This document shows, one piece after another, positions 37,270 to 50,276 of a DNA stretch of 64,000 nucleotides; position 1 is the first letter of the stretch, and every line of letters begins with the position of its first letter. The DNA comes from Octopus bimaculoides. Taxonomy: Eukaryota. Location: positions 49,209,900 through 49,273,899 of the forward strand of contig NC_068982.1 of NCBI RefSeq assembly GCF_001194135.2, given 5' to 3'. The notes beneath the pieces are model-generated. The model saw only the letters and a list, made by a program, of their open reading frames with translations, did not search any database and was not told the origin of the DNA. Made by a program: the position numbers and the translations under genes.

Positions 37270-37610
37270 TTCTAAATACATCTGTTACTGCTACTACCAA
37301 TCTCCAAACCCTCCTGATCGTTAAAAACTATTTGACTATCTCTTACACCACCTCAAGAGCAGCTATTTCATTTCACACCTCTTGGAATTTATTGTCCAGT
37401 GATTTCAAAATTCACACCTCTTCTTGGTTCTTGTATTCTTCACAAAATAATACCACTGATACAGAAATGGAATTTTTTCTGGGTTTTTTTTCCTATCAAC
37501 AACTTATAACATCTCTTCCACATAAACACTCCTTCTCTCTTTCTCACCTCTAAATGAGACCTCTACCAAACCAGCACCATTTCTAAAGCCAGCAGATTCT
37601 CCAGCTGCTG
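37270..37610 (+). pseudogene. CR1-type AP-endonuclease remnant
   Basis: YICYCYYQSPNPPDR*KLFDYL..LEFIV..DF.IH.SSW..TTD resembles the CR1 APE ICAVY.SP..FFDYL..GDFN.H..W motif. Confidence 0.4.
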
Positions 37611-38627
37611 CTTAACCCTTTCACTGTGGAAATTGGATTTATTCATTCAATAATTTTAGTTGATAAAATAAGTACCAGTTGTGCATTGGAGTCAATATAA
37701 TTGACTTGCCCTCCCCTAAAACTGCTGGCATTGTGCCAAATCTTGAAACCAATATTTAAGTGCTCACAGTTTTTCAATGTCCTAGCAAAAAAAATCCTGA
37801 GAGATCTCTAGAGGATAGATATTAATGTAAAAGAAGTAAATATAGATGGATGAAATGTAAATGTAAAAGTATTCAGGAGACACCTAAACATTCTACTCTC
37901 TGAGATTCTAGATTCCACAGCCAAAAAAATTAAAAAATTAAAAAGTAGACAGCTTTATTAAATCTACTCATTCACCAAGTATTGATTACATCTTAAAGGG
38001 TATACCTTAAACATTACAATTGGGCAATTCTATCATAACTGAGGCAACATTTACAAGAATTTTTTAATACTAAAAATGTCCCGGCATCTTACTTAAGCTA
38101 ACTGAAATGTAATGACCCGTGAATACTTTAACTGCTGTGGGCCATATATATTGTTGCATATGAATTGAAATTCTATGTTTGAACTAGCTTGTCTTAGAGA
38201 GAATAAATACTTGTGTTACTGATGCAACAGAAAAAAGACATGATACCTAACTTGGTGGGACTTATGCTGGAAACCTTGTGCAGAAAATTTACATGTGTAA
38301 ACAATTTTTATATCAAAAGAAACCTGAAGTGGTATGAATGTTATACATGCTTCCATATCCAACATTATAGGTTAATACATGTAATGCCTTAGGTAAACTG
38401 TAACTGACGCAACAGGTACACATAACTGATGCAACATTTTCAGCTAGAAATGTGTAACTGGTGCAACACTGGGACTCGGATACCAATTAGTATTCTATAT
38501 TTTTATTCTTATCAATGAGGAATCGATCAAAAGGTAAAAACACACACTATGAATTCAAAATGTGTGCTGCACTTGAACACAAAGTTCTCAATAACATTTC
38601 TTAAAGCTTATTGCAGTTCATGCATAA

Positions 38628-39880
38628 TCATCATCATCATCATCATCATCGTTTAACGTCCGCTTTCCATGCTAGCATGGGTTGGACGATTTGACTGAGG
38701 ACTGGTGAAACCGGATGGCAACACCAGGCTCCAATCTAATTTGGTAGAGTTTCTACGGCTGGATGCCCTTCCTAATGCCAACCACTCAGAGAGTGTAGTA
38801 GGTGCTTTTACGTGTCACCCGCACGAAGGCCAGTCAGGCGGTACTGGCAACGGCCACGCTCGAAAATGGTGTCTTTTATGTGCCACCCGCACAAGAGCCA
38901 GTCCAGGGGCACTGGCAACTATCTCGCTCGAAAACCCTATGAAGGCCAATCAGACGGTACNNNNNNNNNNNNNNNNNNNNNNNNNNNNNNNNNNNNNNNN
39001 NNNNNNNNNNNNNNNNNNNNNNNNNNNNNNNNNNNNNNNNNNNNNNNNNNNNNNNNNNNNNNNNNNNNNNNNNNNNNNNNNNNNNNNNNNNNNNNNNNNN
39101 NNNNNNNNNNNNNNNNNNNNNNNNNNNNNNNNNNNNNNNNNNNNNNNNNNNNNNNNNNNNNNNNNNNNNNNNNNNNNNNNNNNNNNNNNNNNNNNNNNNN
39201 NNNNNNNNNNNNNNNNNNNNNNNNNNNNNNNNNNNNNNNNNNNNNNNNNNNNNNNNNNNNNNNNNNNNNNNNNNNNNNNNNNNNNNNNNNNNNNNNNNNN
39301 NNNNNNNNNNNNNNNNNNNNNNNNNNNNNNNNNNNNNNNNNNNNNNNNNNNNNNNNNNNNNNNNNNNNNNNNNNNNNNNNNNNNNNNNNNNNNNNNNNNN
39401 NNNNNNNNNNNNNNNNNNNNNNNNNNNNNNNNNNNNNNNNNNNNNNNNNNNNNNNNNNNNNNNNNNNNNNNNNNNNNNNNNNNNNNNNNNNNNNNNNNNN
39501 NNNNNNNNNNNNNNNNNNNNNNNNNNNNNNNNNNNNNNNCCTTGCGAGCTTACGCATGTCCTCAGCAGTCACAGCCCATGTTTCACTGCCATGTAGCATG
39601 GTTGTTCGTACACATGCGTCATACAGTCTGCCTTTTACTCTGAGTGAGAGTCCCTTTGTCGCCAGCAGAAGTAAGAGCTTTCTAAACTTTGCCCAGGCTA
39701 TTCTTATTCTAGCAGCTACGCTTTCAGCGCACCCACCCCCACTACTAACTTGGTCACCCAGATAGCGGAAGCTATCGACTACCTCTAGTTTTTCTCCCTG
39801 GAATGCGATAGAAGTTGTTTCTTGTTTGTTTACAGTGTTTATTGCACCTGAACATCTGCCACATACAAAAACTAACTTCG
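38628..39880 (-). mobile_element. 5'-truncated young RTE LINE spanning a gap
   Basis: Uninterrupted frame KLVFVCGRCSGAINT..QGEKLEVVDSFRYLGDQVSSGGGCAESVAARIRIAWAKFRKLL..KGLSLRVKGRLYDACVRTTMLHGSETWAVTAEDMRKLAR. The 3' UTR and (GAT)n tail lie at 38628-38960. Confidence 0.9.
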
Positions 39881-42103
39881 TAATGTCTTACATAATTAAA
39901 TCTAGACCTTTTACATGCATTGCAGGTAACTGTGGAAGCCCTATAATACGGCAAGTCACTGATCATAATGTGGCTGAAATTTCCATGAACAGTGCACAAG
40001 CAGGTACACATAACTGAAAATATAACGTACTGTGTATAAGAATAAAATTCCCCCTTACAGTATGTCATAATGGTTGCATTGTTTTAAAGTAATTATTTGT
40101 CAGGATTTTGTAGATTGAACTTAAAATGCCAAAAATGTAACTGATGCAACAAATTTTAATGGCCACAGTAAATTCCAAAAAATAACACTGCCAAACTGTA
40201 GTTTTACTCTAGTTCCTCCTGAAAATATATCTTTGCAAAATGGAAAATTTAATTTTTTTCTCAGATGGAACTGGATACCTACCTTTTGTCCTTGCAGTTT
40301 AAATTGTCATCTTCTAGACTAGATGCAAGATGGCTGCCCTATTCATATCACAGCAGGCCTGCAGATTTTTTTATTTACTTTTTGATACTTTTTAAAATCC
40401 TATTGGCTTATGGGAACATAAAAATACATAAATCATGGTAGCACAGTTTTATTACAATTTTTCAGTTTTTGTTTCCTTTTGCGTGGAATTGCCCAATTAA
40501 TAATTTCCTATGATATTTTCACTGTTATAAGGTAATATTTAATAAACTATGCTTTAAAAGAAATTTTAGATACCTTCACATCACCCAATATTATTATTTT
40601 CCATTCAAGGAGAAGATGTGTGAAATGCCATGAAGCTTCAAGCATTGCATTGATCACTTAATCTCAGATCACTAACTCTCTGCAATTCATTTACTACTTA
40701 TGCATTTCCTACAAGTGTTACCTTGCCAAAATTCAAGAGGAACATTAATGGCATAAATCTACCCTGTCTTTGAGGATTTGCAAAAGCCATGGGCACTGTT
40801 GTTCCTCCAAATCCAGTAATTAAAGAAAACCTGTACATAGTTGTTTCTCATCTTTGGATTTGCAAATAAAATAAGTTAGAAATACAATACAAGGCTATAC
40901 AGAAGAATTATTCACATCTACAAATAAATTCAAGCTTCCTATTACTCAAACTATGAAGAATGGCTCTGAAAAAAGTAGCACAATTCCTTAAATAAAAGTG
41001 TTATAATTTATAACAATTAAATTCCGTTTCTTAAGAAACATACCAAACAGATAACTATTAACGAATAATGATTGAATGTAGTTTAATTCTTTATTTGCTT
41101 CAAAATCAATTGCCTTGTTCATGATTTAACATTGATAAATATTTAGTATGTAAAAATAGTTTATAGAGATCTTATAATGATGGTTTATGAAACAGTGCTA
41201 TTGACTAACAGAATAACTATCAATGTTACAAACATCAATTCCATTGAAAGTTGTATGTTAGCGAAAATGAACCAATGTCCATTGAAATATTTTGCGAAAT
41301 ACTGTTGTTAGTTTCCAATAAATATTCTTTGAACTTCCAATGTACATTGTGCTAAAATCATTTAATAAATTGGAGCTTTTTTTTTCCCCCTTTCTTTTTT
41401 TTTTTTATCTCGGTGATTTTTTTTTAATAGATTGTCTTCTCACATTTTATTAGCTAGAAAATTTGTTATGAGAATAAAACCATTTGTTCACTTTTACATT
41501 TTTGCTTTTATTTAGAAGCATAAGTTGAGCAATGAAAATAATAACAACTTGAATTTCTAATTTACAGCATGGTTACTAATCAATAAAATTGAAAAGTAAT
41601 CAAAAAATAGAATGGATATATTCACTAGCTAACAACTATATTTTCTTTATTTCTTTACCACACAGATGTCATCTGTATTTACTTCCATTTATGACCTACA
41701 ATAGCTTAAGGAGACACTAAAATCAATTAAATGTTTATTCTATTTCTTCATTTCTAGAAAGTAAAAGTTATGAACTCGTATCTTCTTCATGTTCTTTCAA
41801 TCCTTTCTATCATAATTACAGATTGAAAACTTTTGCAGAAAATTTATTGCCAAGTAAACCTGAGAAAATTAGCTGAAATATTTAATATATATATATATAT
41901 ATATTTTTTTTTTACTATATAGAAAAAACTCCAAAAACAAACCTGCTGAATACTTTTAAATGCACACGAAAATAATTCTCAACTTTAAAACAAAACTCAG
42001 TTTTGTCCTCCTCCCCTCCTCATTGTCTTCAACATTGTTGCTGTGATCATCATCATCATCCAGCAACAGATGCAGCAGCACCATCATCATCAACATTACC
42101 ATT

Positions 42104-42135
<32 letters not shown>

Positions 42136-42240
42136 TACCATTATCACTGTTATCTTCACAATTGTCATGCATTCCTCATTGATATCCTCATTACATTTAT
42201 CTTCATTGTTACCCTATTTGTTTTTATTCATATCCTTCTT

Positions 42241-42501
42241 GTAGTGGTTAAGAGCGAGGGATACTAACCTCAAGATTCTGAGTTCGATTCCAAGCAGTGA
42301 CCTGAACAATAATAATAATAATAATAATATCGAAAAATACCTTAGGAATGAGAACCCAGGTTCGAAATTTCCCCAAGATGCCTGAAGAAGGCTGGAGGGT
42401 ATATCAGCCGAAACATTGTGTTAACAACAAACAAGATGAGGACAAATACCCATCAAACGTAAATGATGTACATAATTCCTCATTTATTAAATATAGAACT
42501 G
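42241..42501 (+). mobile_element. ORF-less Penelope pLTR unit: tRNA-like head, (AAT)n, hammerhead, tail
   Basis: A-box remnant GTAGTGG, B box GAGTTCGATTCC (42280-42291). Collinear with the reverse complement of 53884-54120; ends TAAATATAGAACTG like 54722. Confidence 0.8.
42377..42422 (+). ncRNA. Minimal type-I hammerhead ribozyme motif (degenerate at the cleavage triplet)
   Basis: Stem I GATGC/GTGTT (Watson-Crick plus wobble), CTGAAGA, extra A, stem II GGCTG/CAGCC, GAAAC, then ATT. The 54619 copy has AAACGTT-GTGTT. Confidence 0.65.
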
Positions 42502-42529
42502 AATAGCAATAATAATAATAATAATAACA

Positions 42530-42734
42530 ATCCTTTCTACTATAAGCATAAGGCCGGAAATTTTTAGTGGGCGGGCACTAGTTAATTACATCGAACCCAG
42601 TGCATAACTGGCATTTAATTTATTGAATTTGAAAGGATGAAAAGCAAAGTCAACCATGGCAGAATTTGAACTCAGAACATAAAGATAGGCCAAATGCTGC
42701 TATGCATTTCATCCAGTGCAGTAACAATTCTGCC
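42530..42734 (-). mobile_element. SINE family C within (AAT)n
   Basis: Reverse complement of the family C body; (AAT)n on both sides. Confidence 0.7.
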
Positions 42735-42772
42735 AATAATAATAATAATGATAATAGAATATAAGAATAGTA

Positions 42773-42859
<87 letters not shown>

Positions 42860-42861
<2 letters not shown>

Positions 42862-43462
42862 GAATATAAGAAATGGAGGCATGACCAGGTTGCAAATGTT
42901 TTACGCAGGAAACTTTGCCAGAAATGGAGATTTGAAGCTGGAAACACAGTACACTCATTGGATCAAAGAGTATCAGAGTCAGAGAAATGTAAGATTTTGT
43001 GAGACTGTCCTCTTCAAACAGACAGAAAGTTATAAAAATAATAGGCTGGATATAGCAATCATAGATAAGGAAACGTGTAGTTGCTTATTAATCGACCCAT
43101 CATGCCCATTTGATTCCAAGATTGTGAAGAAAGAGGACGAAAAACAAAAAAAAAAAAGATACAGTCCCTTAAAATTTGAAATAGGAAGAATTTGGAGCAT
43201 GCGAACAGTAAAGTTCATGCCTATAATAATTGGTGCATTGAGAACAGTAAGCAAAGATATAGACAAATGGCTGAGGGAGAATGAAATAAAATGCCTGGTA
43301 GAGCTCCAACAGAAAGTTTGTCTCTTAGGGATAGCAAGAATAATCAGGAGGGTTCTAAGCACTTGAAAGACTACTGAGAACTTGTGGGTACCTAAGGTTA
43401 CAGGTAGTAACCCACTACCCACATAAACCCTACCAGAATAAGACTGAACCTGAGTCAAACCA
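42860..43462 (+). mobile_element. 5'-truncated Dong/R4-clade RLE LINE within (AAT)n
   Basis: EYKKWRHDQVA.. / NNRLDIAIIDKETCSCLLIDPSCPFDSKIVKKEDEK..RYSPLKFEIGRIWSMRTVKFMPIIIGAL..LLGIARIIRRVLST*. (AAT)n at 42735-42860 and ~43463-43476. Confidence 0.88.
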
Positions 43463-44581
43463 AATAATAATAATAATGACAATATTAACAACAATACAAA
43501 AAAGTTAAGATTTATCTGTAGTAATACAGATAAAAATCAAAAAGCTCAAAACTTAACTTTACTAACTGATTGATTGGTACCATATCTATTTTACTTGAAG
43601 GATTCTGAACTTGATTTTCTAATTTTGGTTTCAATAAAATTATCAATTTCTTTATAAAGGTTACTACCCATCCTTCTCTACAAATTATGAAGCTGTATTT
43701 GTCAGTAATTTCTTGAGTATCTGTTGTATTTAGTTTATATATTGTTCACACAGACAACTGAATCTCTTCAGTTATAGGTGCCTGGTTATTCTTTAGTCTT
43801 TCAAATAACAACATTTATAACTGTCTCACATCTTTTCCAGCTCAGTAAATATAAATGTAATTATATATTTTTAATTAGATATTTTCCCCTCCTCTAGTTT
43901 TCTTACATTGAATATAGTATGAGTGAATCACATTATGAAATCATAATTAGATATTGCCAATTACTATTTATCTTTGCATAGTCTCAGCCATAACTGTTTC
44001 AACAATTAACTTTATTATTATATAATGACAACCACAGCTAAAGGGTTATTGATTTATATTTAATCATTAGCATTGCACACTAACTCTGGTCAAAGTATTT
44101 AACTCTAAATGGTGGCCCAGTCATCTCAAGTTGTAAATGAATAAATAAACTGAAATAGGGTACATCTGTCAAATATTTTGTTAGCATATAGGTTTTGTGT
44201 TCAAGATGTTTATCCAGAGGTGGTGGCATGGGTGTGTGGTAAGAAGTTTGCTTCCCAACCACATGGTTCTGAGTTTAGTCCCACTGTGTGACACCTTAGG
44301 CAAGTGTCTTCTACTATAGCCTCAGGCCGACCAAAGCCTTGTGAGTGGATTTGGTGGATAGAAAATGAAAGGAGCCCATCGTATATATATATATATATAT
44401 NNNNNNNNNNGAATAAGTACTAAGTTTAAAAAGGAAAATAAGTACCAAGATCGATTCATTCAACTAAAAATTCTTCAAGGTGGTACCCTAGTATGGCTAC
44501 AGTCTAATGAGTGAAACAAGTAAAAGATAAAAGATGAAAGATATAGAACCTGCAATAAACAGGACTACGTTGATTGGAAAC

Positions 44582-45225
44582 AAGGGTAAAGACCCCCTTC
44601 GGTCATAAATAACCATGGAATTGAACCTAGAAAGTTACTCTGTGAGGCACAAGTCCGGGCAAGGTTGTTTGTGGAAGACCAGCGGTTGCCCATGCATACC
44701 AACCTCCCCTCTTCATACCACTGATGTTATGTAAAGGAAAAACAAAGGCTGATACAACTTGGCACCATTGATGTTTCAGCTCATTTCTACTGCTGAGTGA
44801 ACTGGAGCAATGTGAAATAAAGTGTCTTGCTCAAGAACACAACACACAAATCAGTCTGGGAATCAAACTCACTATCTCATATGTATATGTATATCTGGGT
44901 AAAGACCCCCTTCGGTCATGAATGACCATGGGATTGCATCTGGAAAGTTACCCTCCAAGGCACAAGTCCAAGCAAGGCTGTTTAAGGAAGACCAACAGTC
45001 ACCCATGCATACAAGCCCCCCCTCCCTCTCCATGCCACTGATACTATCCAAGGGAAAGCAAAAGCCAATACAGCTAGGCACCAGCGATGTTACATCTCAT
45101 TTCTACAGTTGAGTGAACTGGAGCAATGTGAAATAAAATGCCTTGTTCGAGAACACGACACAGTGTGGTCCAGGAAATGAACTCACTACCTCATGATTGT
45201 AAGTCCAATGCTCTAACCATATGCT
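44582..45225 (-). mobile_element. Two tandem SINE family B copies
   Basis: GGGTAAAGACCCCCTTCGGTCAT starts both copies (~44584 and ~44898). Confidence 0.8.
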
Positions 45226-45637
45226 ATACATGTTGTATGCAAAAAAAACTGATGATTAGAGTCTCTTCTAAAATTAAGAGAAATTGTTCATCCTGGCTGA
45301 ATTTTATACTCATCTTGCACTTTTGATACCAACCCACCTGAAACCATTCCTGGTTCTAGGATACCAACTTCTTCATTTAAAGTGATGTAAATTAAAAGCT
45401 TCCATCAAAATTTCATGTTAACTTATGCTTCAAACACTTATTTTACAAAATTCTTCATTATTTTCAAAATTATTTTAATCAAATGCAGCGTATATCCACA
45501 GAAATATGCTAATAACAGGGTTAATCCTTTAGATATTGTCCAGCATGCATCTCTTTATGTTGATTGAATTAGCAGGTAGAATTTTGTTTTTTAATTCTCA
45601 TATAATTAATAGTTTAAGTTCAAAGCTTGCTTTGGTT

Positions 45638-45695
<58 letters not shown>

Positions 45696-45699
<4 letters not shown>

Positions 45700-45830
45700 A
45701 ATTCAAATAAATGAGTAAAATTAACAGACAACAAGAGGATGAGCACAAAAAATGTATTAGCTTGATGCTCAGTGAAAAGTTAGAGTCTGACATTTCGAGC
45801 ATAATTCTTCATCAGAAAGGAGAAGAAGAA
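45696..45830 (-). mobile_element. Second PLE-type tail with minimal hammerhead motif
   Basis: Minus strand reads CTGATGA-A-GAATTATGCTC-GAAA-T-GTC (core at 45789-45815), adjacent to (TA)n. Confidence 0.55.
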
Positions 45831-46055
45831 AAGTTCAAAGAAGGAAAAGAAACCACCAATAGCACATGTGTAAATATCAGACAATGAGAATGAGTGCTCA
45901 ATATCGCATTGATGGATATAATTTTTATTTGTGAATTAAGGCTACCATTAGTTTCATGTTAAGAAAAATATCTTAACATCTCAATACTTTACAAGCCAAT
46001 CACACGGAGGAACAGTGTTCATCTCCATTTTGGATAAAAACACAAAGTCTCATGA

Positions 46056-46090
<35 letters not shown>

Positions 46091-46092
46091 GA

Positions 46093-46153
<61 letters not shown>

Positions 46154-46749
46154 AACATATAATGTGTCTTGAATGGCACAACAGTGCAGAGTGGACTATA
46201 ATAACTGTTATAATTTAATTATCCATAGTCTGATATAAAATTTCAGAATACAAACATTCCTTCTTCAGATTTTGCTAGAAATTGATTGAGTCACTGCTAT
46301 AATTGGTTTTCTAACAGTTACTGAAATTTTATATATATATATATTTATATGACAGGCTTCTGTCAGTTTACATCTACCAAATCTACTCACAAGACTTTGG
46401 TTAGCCTGAGTCTATAGTAGAAGATGCTTGCCCAAGGTGCCATGCAGTGAGACTGAACCCAGAGTCATGTGGTTAAGAAGCAAACTTCTTACCACACAGC
46501 CGTACCTTCACCTATATAATAACATTTTTCTATCAGTTAATGTCTACTAAATCCTCTCATAAGGCTTTGATCAACCAAGGACTATAGTTGGAGCCATTTG
46601 CCCAAGGTTCTGTGCAGAAGTGGGACTGAACCTAAAACCACATGGTTGGGAAAGAATGTCTCATCTACACAGCCATATCTGCACATAGAGAATATTGTTC
46701 CAAAAGCTTATGTTATTTGTTCTTAGGCATTTGATATTATCAAATTTAG

Positions 46750-47480
46750 AACTTTTATTTCTACCTTTTGTCCAGCCCACAGTTTTAGAATCATTGTTGT
46801 ATTTTTTGCTGATTCACTTCTCTGTTTAATTCCATAGGATATTGACCACAGAAAGGTTTTTCTCTTTATTTTCCTTGTGCTAGTTTTTTGTTTTTAGTTC
46901 TACTTTAATTCTTGTCTTTTATTTTTGTTTTATTTTCCCCTTGTTTTGTGGCTTATTTTATCATCTAATCCCTTTCCTTAACTGCACTTAGCTTCTAGTT
47001 TGTACTATTTCTTTTCGTCTTTTTTATATTTCTGGAGGGGCAATTCTATGTTTTTATATTTCTTTATTATAATAATAAGTCTTCTTTTACTTGCTTCTAT
47101 GTATGTTTCTTGAACCACATTGGTTACGTTGCAATAGTTTTCTATTTTGTATCTTCCTGTGTGCTTAATAGAGATATTCTATCTTTTACAGTTTTTGTAT
47201 GGCAGGCAGTCTTTTTATGATTTTCACAATGGGGGTTTTCATTCACTTTTAAATCATTATATTGAAGCTGTAGAATTTGACTAGTTTATTTTTTCCAGTG
47301 ATGTTATTTCTGGTGCTGAATTCAGTTTTTTCCCCCCTCTATTATTCTGTATCATCTACAAAGATGTCTAAATTTCTCTTCCATTTATGTGTGCCATTTC
47401 TTAGCAGTTTTACCTCTTCCTAAATACTTGTATGAATAGTTGTATGCCAATATAAAGAATTTGATGTCCAAATTTAAATT
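46750..47480 (-). pseudogene. Degraded CR1/L2-like RT remnant
   Basis: IFVDDTE (FADDTK-like) and a downstream IAT*PMW-like motif; heavily decayed. Confidence 0.3.
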
Positions 47481-49949
47481 AATATTTGACTTTTTACCAT
47501 TTAAACCATGCAGATGTAGCTTTGTGATCAGAGCTTGCTTCCCAACCACATGGTTCAGGGTTCAGTCCCACTGTATGGCACCTTGGGTAAGTGTTTTTTT
47601 TTTATTATGGTTTCACACTAAACAAAGCCTTATGAGTGGATTTGGCAGGCAGAAACTGAAAGAAGCCTGTCATATATGCATACATATATCTATGTGTGCG
47701 TGGGTTTGTATTTGTATTTGTCCCACCCCCACCATTGGTTGACAACCAGTGCTAGCGTGTTTATGCCCCTGTAACTTAGTGGTTCAGCAAAACACACCAT
47801 TAGAATAAATACCAGGCTTTAAAAAAATAAGTGATACCCCAGAATGGCTGCTCTCTAATGACTGATACACATAAAAGATTAAAAAAATAAAAAGAAAAGT
47901 TATTCTAAATACTCTACCTGTTTTAGACCCAGACCAGTTAGATCAGGCCTCTCACACCTTCCCTACAATGTCATTACAAAAATAAACAATCACATCATCA
48001 AATCTTAATTCTATGAGATTATGTATGATTAATTCAAAATAATGTGAATAAATATTATACTTGACAGAATAATCTGAATGCTAAAGGGACAAAGTGCTAA
48101 GTAATTTTCTTTTTCTTAGATTTGCTTCAGTATATTTGTTGAAACTTGTATTCATTTTAGTGTTATTATTGAATTCATTTAGTTTTTAATAGGTTCTCTA
48201 TCTCAGTGCCGTCCCTTGTTTTATGGAATCATTATAAGAGAGATGATATATAATTAGTTTGTAGCATTTAAAACTATTGTTGGTTTAATCAAAAGATTTG
48301 TTTGTGGAGTCAGAGCTAATTAAAAGGGTAGCAGAAGAAAAGGAGTCTCTGAAAAATGGTGAACAGATGGAGACCACTGAGGGCTGAGAGAATGCTTTAG
48401 TCTTGTTTTGCTGAGGACATGACAGCTTCTCCAATGCTGTGCTACAATAAAATATACTCAATATCCTCTATAAAACGGTTACTGTTAAGAAGAGCATCTA
48501 GTTGTAGGAAACTATGACAAAATGTATTATGTCAGAGTTGTGGTCCTCAGACCCATTAAGCCATCTAAGGAGGTAGAAACTGTAAATGAGAACTTCAAAC
48601 TATGCCAGAATGGAAAATGGATGTACAACGATTATTATAATGAATTTCCAACATTTAGGAATGTAGCATGCTAGTATTATTAATCCATGTAATGCCTATA
48701 TTATTGTTATTTACTCAACTGTTAGCAATAACTTCTCAGTTTAAACTCTTCTTTGCATCCATACATTCCCTTCCAATATCCTTTGATTCCTGTAGTATGA
48801 TACTTATTATTTTCTAAGTGTAAAACCAGCTTGTTGAGGAGTATAGATAGCAAATATTAATATATTGTTCCTAAACAGATTATTAATCTGGTGGTCCTTG
48901 GTGTTATTTATTTATTGATTTATTCATTGAGAATGGATACTGTTTTCCCTGTAGTAAACCTGCTGGGCATTTTAAACTGATATCCTTCACAATTTATTAT
49001 ATGTTGTTGCTAAAGTGTTGTGTATGCTGGTTAAGTACCTTTATCAGAATTGGAAACTCTATCAATTTATCAAGACTAAACGCTTGAAAGGGTCGAATGA
49101 ACCCTTTAGTTTTGATGAAAAACTTATGATGATGGTGATTGCATTGATAAATTTCCATCATAGTTTTGCTGGACTATACATGTGCCACTATTAACATGTT
49201 TTCCTTCCCTGTTTATTTCTTATCCATCCTACATCTTAATCATTTCATGTATCTTTCCCCCCATTTGCTTCCCTAATAAGATTGTATTTTCCATTACTGC
49301 AGGTCTATTTTTCATTTATGTGTTGTATATTTTTGTATTTTGTTTTCAAAATCTGTGATTTTTATGGATGAAATAATATTTTTATAAAACATTCAGTTTT
49401 GTTATATCTTTACCTGGATTATCTATCTAAAATCATGCTTTTATTTTACTTAGGATCAACACTTTGCAACCACATGGTTTCAGATTCAGTCCCATTGCAT
49501 GTCTTCTTCTATAGCACTGGGCCACCCAGTGCCTTGTGTGTGAATTTGGTAGACAGTAACTGTGTGGAAGCCCATCGTATGTATGTGTGTGAGTGTATGT
49601 GTTCTTTTGTGCTTGTCCCCATCCAACCACTTGGCAACCATTGTTGGTTTGTTTACGTCCCTTTAACTTAGCATTCAGACTTCAAAAATATCAGTACTGT
49701 GGTTGAGTAAGGTAGTGCCGCAGCATGGCCACAGTCCAATGACTGAAACAAATAAAAGATAAAAAATACTAGAACCCTCCCTCCTTCTCATATTTAACTG
49801 GAGGAAAATATTGCTTTTCCATTTTTTATATAATTTGTATATTTTCCAATATTTTCTTCCTGTTCTTGTTTGGTAAGCTTGTCAAGTGTGACTGATTCTA
49901 TTACAGTTGAACTCTCTTTCACCTGATGCTAATATGGCTGCTAAGTATA

Positions 49950-50164
49950 CTGATTTCAAATTTTGGCACAAGGCCAGCAATTTCAGAAGAAAGGCTAAAT
50001 CAATTACATTGTCTCCGGTATTCAACTGGTACTTAATTTATTGACCCTAAAAGGATGAAAGGGAAAGTCAACCTTAGTGGAATTTGAATTCAGGATGCAA
50101 AGATGGACAAAATGCTTAGCAGCATTTTGTCCAGCATGCTTACAATTCTGCCAGCTCATTGTCT
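49950..50164 (-). mobile_element. SINE family C with 17-bp TSD
   Basis: TATGGCTGCTAAGTATA at 49933-49949 and 50165-50181. Confidence 0.88.
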
Positions 50165-50276
50165 TATGGCTGCTAAGTATATTAGGCTATTTAGCATATG
50201 GGTGAGACAAGAATTTCTTGGAGAAAGCCTGATTGTATTAACATATTAGTTTCCTGATATCAATATTTGGTCATAT

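Noticed and set aside
38705-39765. 312- and 317-aa plus-strand ORFs
   Set aside because: They are antisense to the RTE and held open only by the N-gap.
41956-43002. Poly-His/Gln, poly-Met and poly-Ile/Leu ORFs
   Set aside because: Translation of (CAT)n and (AAT)n microsatellites; no flanking coding signal.
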